Shown here: positions 24,732 through 30,702 of the stretch, in pieces
How the letters are laid out: every line of letters begins with the position of its first letter
How positions within the stretch are numbered: position 1 is the stretch's first letter
Assembly: GCA_013813565.1 (NCBI GenBank)
Contig: JACCRK010000382.1
Span: 1-30,702 of the forward strand
Direction: 5' to 3'
Origin: Herpetosiphonaceae bacterium
GTDB taxonomy: Bacteria > Chloroflexota > Chloroflexia > Chloroflexales > Herpetosiphonaceae
DNA length: 30,702 bases
Translations under genes and position numbers: made by a program
The notes under the pieces: generated by a model
Database searches by the model: none
Seen by the model: only the letters and a program-made list of their open reading frames with translations
Told to the model about the DNA's origin: nothing

Positions 24732-26048
24732 TTGCGTTTGACATCATCTACCGATATGACAGCACGTATTTTAGTCGCTGACGATAATGAGGCGTTAAGC
24801 GAACTCCTGGAGATTATTCTGCTGGAGAATGGCTACGAGGTCGTGCTTGCGGCAAATGGCGACGAGCTGCTGCGTAAGGCCCAGACCACCTCACCCGATC
24901 TCATGCTGGTCGATATTATTATGCCCTATATGGATGGCTATGAGGCGATCCGCCAGCTGCGCAACGATACCCGCCTGGCCCATATTCCAATTATTGTGCT
25001 GACGGCATGTACGTCGCTGCAGGATGTGGTGACCGGCTTTGAGACCGGTGCCGATGACTACATTACCAAGCCTTTCCAGATGCCGGAGCTGCTGGCGCGG
25101 GTCAAGGCCCAGCTTCTTCGCGCTAACCGGCGGCCGGTCCAGAACCCGCTCACCGGTCTGCCAGGCAATACGCTGATCGAGGAAGAGATCAGCCATCGGC
25201 TGCGCATCGGCGAGCCATTCGCACTGTTGTATATCGACCTGGATAACTTCAAGGCCTTCAACGACACCTATGGCTTTGCCCGCGGCGACCAGGTGATTAA
25301 GCTGCTGGCCGGGCTGCTGACCGACCTGAAACAGCAGGAGGCCAACGAGCGGATTTTTATTGGCCATATCGGCGGCGATGATTTTGCGGTGCTGCTGCCG
25401 CTTAACTCGGTTGTGCCATTCTGTGAACAGCTGACCGCCCAGTTTGATGTTCAGGTGCCAGCGCTCTACGACCCGGAGGATATTCAGCGTGGGTATCTGG
25501 CCCGCGAGGATCGCTATCACATCGTGCGCCAGGTGCCGATCCAAAGTGTTTCGATTGGGGTGGTAACCACCAAAAATCGCTCGCTCACCTCATATCACGA
25601 TATCAGCCGGGTGGCGGCCGAGATGAAACATCTGGCTAAAAAACAGCCGGGTAGCGTGTATATTATCGATCGCCGCTCGCAGCAGGTGTTGGTTCCCCAG
25701 GAGCGGCGCAAGCGGCGCCCCACCGTCTATGTTGCTGGCAGTGAGGGCCTGATTAAGCAGCAGATCGTAGCTGCCTTTGAGCAGCAGATGCTGGTGATTA
25801 CCAGCTACGACCCGGCAACCAACCCTGAGCAGCCTGATCTGGTGACCGTGATTGGCGCTTCGATCTCAACAGCGATCAGCGAGATGGAACGAGACTGGCC
25901 CGATGTGCCGATCATCGCCATCGTGCCTGGAGATGCTGATGATCCATCAACAACAGAGTTCGGGATGAAAACATCGATCAAGCCAACGGTTCCGGTTGGG
26001 GATTATCTCTCTTTGGCACTGCACCTGTTGCGGCTGGAGGCTCGATGA
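24732..26048 (+). CDS. Response regulator: REC receiver plus GGDEF diguanylate-cyclase domain (GGDDF variant) plus a C-terminal region of about 110 aa of unknown function
   Basis: The REC domain shows ILVADDNE...LMLVDIIMPYMDG...LTACTS..D...GADDYITKPF. The GGDEF domain shows NPLTGLPGN..., ALLYIDLDNFKAFNDTYGFARGDQVI and IGHIGGDDFAVLLP. Candidate starts are TTG at 24732 or 24738 (the latter with a GAGGGGG Shine-Dalgarno 6 nt upstream) or ATG at 24756. Confidence 0.85.
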   Translation: MRLTSSTDMTARILVADDNEALSELLEIILLENGYEVVLAANGDELLRKAQTTSPDLMLVDIIMPYMDGYEAIRQLRNDTRLAHIPIIVLTACTSLQDVVTGFETGADDYITKPFQMPELLARVKAQLLRANRRPVQNPLTGLPGNTLIEEEISHRLRIGEPFALLYIDLDNFKAFNDTYGFARGDQVIKLLAGLLTDLKQQEANERIFIGHIGGDDFAVLLPLNSVVPFCEQLTAQFDVQVPALYDPEDIQRGYLAREDRYHIVRQVPIQSVSIGVVTTKNRSLTSYHDISRVAAEMKHLAKKQPGSVYIIDRRSQQVLVPQERRKRRPTVYVAGSEGLIKQQIVAAFEQQMLVITSYDPATNPEQPDLVTVIGASISTAISEMERDWPDVPIIAIVPGDADDPSTTEFGMKTSIKPTVPVGDYLSLALHLLRLEAR

Positions 26049-29000
26049 TCGGGTGGGTCATTGCTCTTGTGGTGTTGCTGTGCCTTATTCTGGCACTTAA
26101 TCTGCGCCCAACAGGCCAGATCCGACGGCGAACAATCGAGCTACGCAGCTGGCTCAACCGCTTCAGGCGGAGTCGCCGTCCGACACCACCGCCACATGCT
26201 AGCGCGCCGACTGTGCGCGGGCGCAATTTGCGCTCGCCACGCCGGTCATTCACGGTGCGGATTCGTGATGAGGTGGCCTCACGTGGCGGCAAGGGCGGGC
26301 TCGTTCTGTTCGGGATTTTTTTCTTGGCAGTATTGCTCTTTATGCGGATTAGAGGAATGCCTGGATCAGCTCCCGAGCGCCCAAACCTCCAGGTTGCGGT
26401 GGCCCACTTCACCGCGCCCGATGGCGCGCCCGCGCCCGAGGGCGCCTCGGTGATGCAGGCTCTGGTTGATGAGTGGACCCAGGGCGATACCCACCGCCTG
26501 ACCCGCCCCCTCGGACTGATCCCCCTCAGGCAATCCATCCCCGATTCCCAGACCGCCTTTGAGATCGCCCAGAGCCAGCGCGCCGATGTGGTGATCTGGG
26601 GCAGCATTGAGCCGGGCGGCACCGCCAACACCGCCAGCCTGCGCCCACGGCTGCTGTGGTGGCCACGGCGGGCGTTGCCAACCGACCGCTCGCTCAGCGT
26701 GCGCGAGCGGCTCGCGCAGCCGGTGGTCTATGAGCTGGCGGTGACTCCCCTGAATGGTCAGGTTGTGCTGGGCCAGATTCTGAACACCCTCGACCTGTAT
26801 CAGTCGGCGGAGTACGACGCGGTACTGCAGTCGGTCAATGTGCTGCTGGACCAATATGCGGTCGGTTATGCTGTCGATGGGCAGCTGCGCCCGGATCTGC
26901 TGCTCTCGCTGCGCGGCAGCATCGCCTCGATGCAGGAGCAGTGGTCGGCGGCCGAGCTGGACTATCGGGCGGCAATTGAGGCGACCAGCCCTGGCCGCGC
27001 TGAATACTGGAATAACCTGGCGGTGGCCCTGGCGGCCCAGGGGCGGATCGATGAGGCTGGACAGGCGCTCAACACGGCTCAGGCGCAGAGCGACCAGGGC
27101 GGCGGTAATCTGGCGGCAATTCAGCTGAATCGCGGCCTGATCAGGCTGCGTGGCCCCGACCCGGCGGCGGCGGCGGCGAGTCTGGGCCACGCCCATGAGC
27201 TGTTGCCGAATGGTGTGGTGACCTTGGTGTCGCTGGCTGAGGCGCAACGGCGGGCGAATCAGTTTGATCAAGCGGTGGCGGCGATCAATCGGGCGCTCGA
27301 GCTTGCGCCAAACGATCCGCTGGTGCAGCTTGAGTCCAGCCGGATCGAGCTTGCGCAGCTGGTCGGGGTCGGTGACCAGCCGCTGTGGGAGCTGGAGATC
27401 GCCCCTGAGCTGCCCCATGACAGGCTGACAGCCCTGCGCACGCGGCTGGACAGCGCTGTGGCAACCCTGGAGAGTATGGTTGTCGGCGAGCGGCAGCAGG
27501 CGGCCAGCGATGATGCTTCAGGCCGGCCGGAGTCCGGGCGGGTTCACGAGGGCACCGCCCGTCAGCTCAGCAGCCTGCTGAGCGAGGCGCGCTACTGGCG
27601 CTCGGTGGCGCTGACTGAAGAAGGGGTCGCCGCCGCCCGCAATCGTCCAGGCGGGCTGCGCGGGCTATGGAATAGCATGTTTGGCGATGATACACCGCTG
27701 GTGCAGGCGCAGAAAACCCTGGCACCCTTAGCCAAATCCGAAGAGAACAACTACGATATTCAGCTCCAGAGTGGTCGCGTCTACCGTCTGCTCGGCTCGT
27801 CGAAAGTTGCGCTGGACTACTATACGAGGGCGTCTGAGATCAACCCCAACCGCCCGGAGGCCTGGTATGGGCTGGCGAGCACTCGCTGGGAGCGCGAGGC
27901 CGAAAGCCCTGAGCGCAACGAGGCAATTCGGGCATGGCTAGCCCAATCGATTGCGGCGGACCCGCGGTTTACCCCGGCCTATTTGTTAATGGCGCGGCTT
28001 GAGCTACGCGACAAACAGTGGGCCGCAGCATTGCCCTCCCTGCAATGGCTGAAGCTTAATCGGCCTGACCAGATCCCGGCCCAGATTGCGCTAGGCGAGG
28101 CGCAGCGTGAGCTGGGCCAGCTTGCTGAAGCCGAGCTCACGCTCCTGCCACTGGCAAATGCCAACAATGGGGCGGCGCTGGTGGAGCTGGCGCGGGTGTA
28201 TCTACAGGCGAGCCAGGTTGAGGCCGCCGAAACCGTGCTGCGGCGGGCGCTGGAGCTGGATAGCACCAATGCGATTGCCGCCTATGAGCTTGGCCGCTTG
28301 CTGCAAAACCAGGGCAACTACGCCGGGGCGGAACAGGCCTACACGCTGGCGATCGCCGCCAATGAGGCGTATATGGAGGCGCATCTGGCGCTGGGCCAGC
28401 TCTATGGCCGCTATCTCAACGATCCCCAGCGGGCCGTGACAGCGTATCGTCGGGCGATTGAGGCCGGTGGCACTGATGCCCGCAACTTTGAGGATCTTGG
28501 ACGCGAGTTTTTAGAGATCGGCCAGTATGCTGAGGCTGCCGATGCGCTTGAGCAATCGATCGCGCTCAATCCGAATGTGCCTGAGTCACGCCATGCACTG
28601 GCCCAGGCTTATCGGGAGCTTGGTCGCTACGATGCCGCTCGCGAGCAGGATCGGGCGGCGATTGCCCGCAAGGCCGACGGCCTCTACATCGATGCGCAGA
28701 TTGGCATCGGTGAATCGTTTCGGCGCCAGGGCCGACCGGACGAAGCGATCGAGGCCTACAATGTGGCGCTGGATGCGGCGCCCGACTCGGTGCCTGCCTA
28801 TGTCGGCCTCGGGCGCACCGCAGCGGATAAACAGGATTGGCAGGCGGCAATTGGCTACTATAATCAAGCCCTAGCCCGCGATGCCGATGATGCGAATGCT
28901 CATTTCTGGCTGGGCCAGGCGCTGGTGGAGCAGGGCCACCATGAGCTGGCGCTGGCTGAGTTCCAGCTGGTGCTGGCAAACCCAGCCACCAGCAACACCG

Positions 29001-29596
29001 ATGCCTTCTATGGCGCCGGTCGGGCCTATATGCGGATGGCTGAAGGCTTATACTACGATGATCCAGCGAAGGCAGCCCAGTATGATGCCGAGGCGCGCTC
29101 CATGCTGGATGCGGCGCTCAGCCGACGGCCAACCTTTCCCCAGGCCCTGCTGGAGCGCGGGATTCTCAATGAGCGTCAAGGCCAGGTTCAGGCGGCCCTG
29201 GCCGATTATGGCCAGGCGGCCGAGCTGAATCAGCTTGATGCTACGGCCTTGTTTTTACAGGGCAAGCTATACCTCAGCCTCAACAATGTTGCGTCTGCCA
29301 CCGAAGCCCTGGAGAATTCGGTGCGCCGCGATCCCAATAGTGCCACCTCGCTGTACTGGCTGGGCCGGGCCTATCGGGCCCAAAGTCGCCCTGCTGATGC
29401 GATTAAGAGCTTTAGCCGCGCAGTTTCGATCAACGGCGGCTATACCGAGGCACGCTACTTCCAGGGTCTGACCGAGGAAGAGGAGAATCAGCTCGAGGCC
29501 GCCCGTAGCTCCTACGAGGCGATTGTGGCGCAGTCCACCCCCGATGATCGCTGGCGCCAGCAGGCCGAACAGCGCCTGCGCGAGCTAGGCCAGTAG
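26045..29596 (+). CDS. Large membrane-anchored tetratricopeptide-repeat (TPR) protein
   Basis: An N-terminal TM helix (WVIALVVLLCLILAL) and a second hydrophobic segment (GLVLFGIFFLAVLLF) are followed by more than 20 TPR-like 34-aa repeats (W.NLA.A...G..DEA...L..A...P....A...LG). The start overlaps the upstream stop (ATGA) with a GGAGG Shine-Dalgarno. Confidence 0.85.
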   Translation: MIGWVIALVVLLCLILALNLRPTGQIRRRTIELRSWLNRFRRSRRPTPPPHASAPTVRGRNLRSPRRSFTVRIRDEVASRGGKGGLVLFGIFFLAVLLFMRIRGMPGSAPERPNLQVAVAHFTAPDGAPAPEGASVMQALVDEWTQGDTHRLTRPLGLIPLRQSIPDSQTAFEIAQSQRADVVIWGSIEPGGTANTASLRPRLLWWPRRALPTDRSLSVRERLAQPVVYELAVTPLNGQVVLGQILNTLDLYQSAEYDAVLQSVNVLLDQYAVGYAVDGQLRPDLLLSLRGSIASMQEQWSAAELDYRAAIEATSPGRAEYWNNLAVALAAQGRIDEAGQALNTAQAQSDQGGGNLAAIQLNRGLIRLRGPDPAAAAASLGHAHELLPNGVVTLVSLAEAQRRANQFDQAVAAINRALELAPNDPLVQLESSRIELAQLVGVGDQPLWELEIAPELPHDRLTALRTRLDSAVATLESMVVGERQQAASDDASGRPESGRVHEGTARQLSSLLSEARYWRSVALTEEGVAAARNRPGGLRGLWNSMFGDDTPLVQAQKTLAPLAKSEENNYDIQLQSGRVYRLLGSSKVALDYYTRASEINPNRPEAWYGLASTRWEREAESPERNEAIRAWLAQSIAADPRFTPAYLLMARLELRDKQWAAALPSLQWLKLNRPDQIPAQIALGEAQRELGQLAEAELTLLPLANANNGAALVELARVYLQASQVEAAETVLRRALELDSTNAIAAYELGRLLQNQGNYAGAEQAYTLAIAANEAYMEAHLALGQLYGRYLNDPQRAVTAYRRAIEAGGTDARNFEDLGREFLEIGQYAEAADALEQSIALNPNVPESRHALAQAYRELGRYDAAREQDRAAIARKADGLYIDAQIGIGESFRRQGRPDEAIEAYNVALDAAPDSVPAYVGLGRTAADKQDWQAAIGYYNQALARDADDANAHFWLGQALVEQGHHELALAEFQLVLANPATSNTDAFYGAGRAYMRMAEGLYYDDPAKAAQYDAEARSMLDAALSRRPTFPQALLERGILNERQGQVQAALADYGQAAELNQLDATALFLQGKLYLSLNNVASATEALENSVRRDPNSATSLYWLGRAYRAQSRPADAIKSFSRAVSINGGYTEARYFQGLTEEEENQLEAARSSYEAIVAQSTPDDRWRQQAEQRLRELGQ

Positions 29597-29627
29597 CACC
29601 ACCTATCTCTTCTCTCACCGGAAATGT

Positions 29628-30702
29628 TTACTGCCGTAGCCAGCGGGGCCAGATCGCATCGTCGGCTACCTGGGTCGGCGAGCTGGCGTCAAGCGGCGTG
29701 TGCCAGATTGAGTAGCGTTCTTGCTGGGGCAGAAATCGGCTCCAGAGCAGACTCTGGCTATCAGGTGACCACTGTGGGTCGAAGTTGTCGTACTGCTGGT
29801 CGTCACTGATCTGGCGGGCCGCTGTGAGGTCGGCGAGCGGCAGCACCCACAGCTCGCCATGCTCAGCGCCAAGCGGGCGGCGCACAAAGGCGATCTGGGT
29901 TCCATCGGGCGACCAGCGCGGATAGTAGACATCGCTGTCAGGCGCATCGAGCAGCGTGGTGCTCTGGCCGGAGGCGATATCATAGCGTACCAGGCGGGCA
30001 AAGCGACCAGCGGCAGCATCGGTCAGCTGGCTGACGACGATGCTGCCGCTGTCTGGCGACCAGGTAAATGTCCCAATGAAGGGCAGCTGGTGCTGGTTAC
30101 TGCTCGGATCGATCAGCACCAGGTTGGGGGTTTCGGCAAGCTCAAAGATCACCGCGCTGCCATCAGGCGACCACTGTGCATTGAGCGCCGGCCGGCCTGA
30201 GAAAACCTCTGGGACCGCGGGCACCCCCTGGGCTGGGGCGGTGGTCCGCCAAATACGCGGCGGCTGCGGCTCGTCGTCAACCAGCTCGCTCGGCCGGCGC
30301 AGATAGAGCACGCGGTCGTGGCGCGGGCTGCACTCGGCCTGTGTCAGACTGGCCTCGGGGTCATTGACCAGCGTCCGCACCGTTGTGCTGTCCAGATCAT
30401 GGCGCACGAGCTGGCTGCTGGCGGTGGTTGCCACGGTGTAGATCAGGGTGGTTCCGGCGCTGCACGCCGGATGGGTGAGCCGATCGGCGAGCATCTGGCC
30501 TGGGGCGGCGTGCAGGGTTTGCAGCCAGAGCTCGCTGTTTCCAAGCGGATCGCGGACCAGCACAAACTGCTCCGGTCGTGCTGGCGGCAGGGCACCACTC
30601 GCGGGCTGCGCTGGCTGGCTCGTGGCACCACAGCCAGCCAGCAGCACACCTAAGATCGCGCCTGCCAGTAAACGGCCACAGTTCCTACTTATAGCGAATA
30701 TG
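29628..30702 (-). CDS. Beta-propeller (TolB/WD40-like) lipoprotein; the 5' end runs off the right edge of the window
   Basis: Repeated WSPDG motifs (QWSPDGS, RWSPDGTQ, QWSPDSQ) are typical of TolB-like propeller blades. The in-frame reading continues upstream of the GTG at 30647 as ...RLLAGAILGVLLAGC, a lipoprotein signal peptide with no start codon inside the window. Confidence 0.7.
   Translation of the reverse strand, partial: IFAISRNCGRLLAGAILGVLLAGCGATSQPAQPASGALPPARPEQFVLVRDPLGNSELWLQTLHAAPGQMLADRLTHPACSAGTTLIYTVATTASSQLVRHDLDSTTVRTLVNDPEASLTQAECSPRHDRVLYLRRPSELVDDEPQPPRIWRTTAPAQGVPAVPEVFSGRPALNAQWSPDGSAVIFELAETPNLVLIDPSSNQHQLPFIGTFTWSPDSGSIVVSQLTDAAAGRFARLVRYDIASGQSTTLLDAPDSDVYYPRWSPDGTQIAFVRRPLGAEHGELWVLPLADLTAARQISDDQQYDNFDPQWSPDSQSLLWSRFLPQQERYSIWHTPLDASSPTQVADDAIWPRWLRQ

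Noticed and set aside
26366-27418. 350-aa minus-strand ORF
   Set aside because: It is antisense to the TPR protein gene and is Arg/Gln/Leu-rich and low-complexity with no start context.
1-30702. CRISPR arrays, tRNA or rRNA genes, IS elements and integrases
   Set aside because: I scanned all intergenic regions (4857-5006, 6501-6857, 7095-7156, 10493-10800, 12766-13041, 17184-17347, 21363-21511, 22271-22440, 29597-29627). There are no spacer-interleaved direct repeats, no cloverleaf-like tRNA sequences, and no transposase or integrase motifs in any ORF.

Overview
This is a high-GC (about 60-65%) bacterial chromosomal window that contains the replication origin. dnaA (5007-6500, minus strand) has a cluster of four DnaA boxes in an AT-rich stretch (about 6690-6850) directly upstream. 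The left end carries an exopolysaccharide-regulation cluster, all on the minus strand: a partial CpsB-like PHP tyrosine phosphatase, a BY-kinase, two Wzz/CapA-like membrane modulators and a GT4 glycosyltransferase. An M20 amidohydrolase gene runs convergently into dnaA, and a bidirectional terminator hairpin sits between them. On the other side of oriC lies the most unusual locus, a tightly coupled minus-strand operon: a DUF309-like 122-aa protein, then a 981-aa NACHT (STAND) NTPase carrying about ten C-terminal PBS-lyase-type HEAT repeats, then a small CxxC...CxxC zinc-ribbon ORF. This is a bacterial NLR-like module and a candidate defence or signalling system. Downstream is a complete family-5 peptide/nickel-type ABC transporter (a binding protein with a Pro/Thr/Ala linker, two permeases, two ATPases and a second binding protein) with a consensus promoter and a terminator. 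After it come a fusion of a DUF454/YbaN-like membrane segment to a 2H-phosphoesterase-like domain with non-canonical catalytic motifs, glutamate dehydrogenase, ScpA, a four-TM SPFH/band-7 protein, a PfkB kinase, a REC-GGDEF (GGDDF) regulator translationally coupled to a 1183-aa membrane-anchored TPR protein, and a partial beta-propeller lipoprotein. I found no tRNA, rRNA, CRISPR array or transposase. All homology calls rest on motifs I recognised by eye, since no database search was possible.
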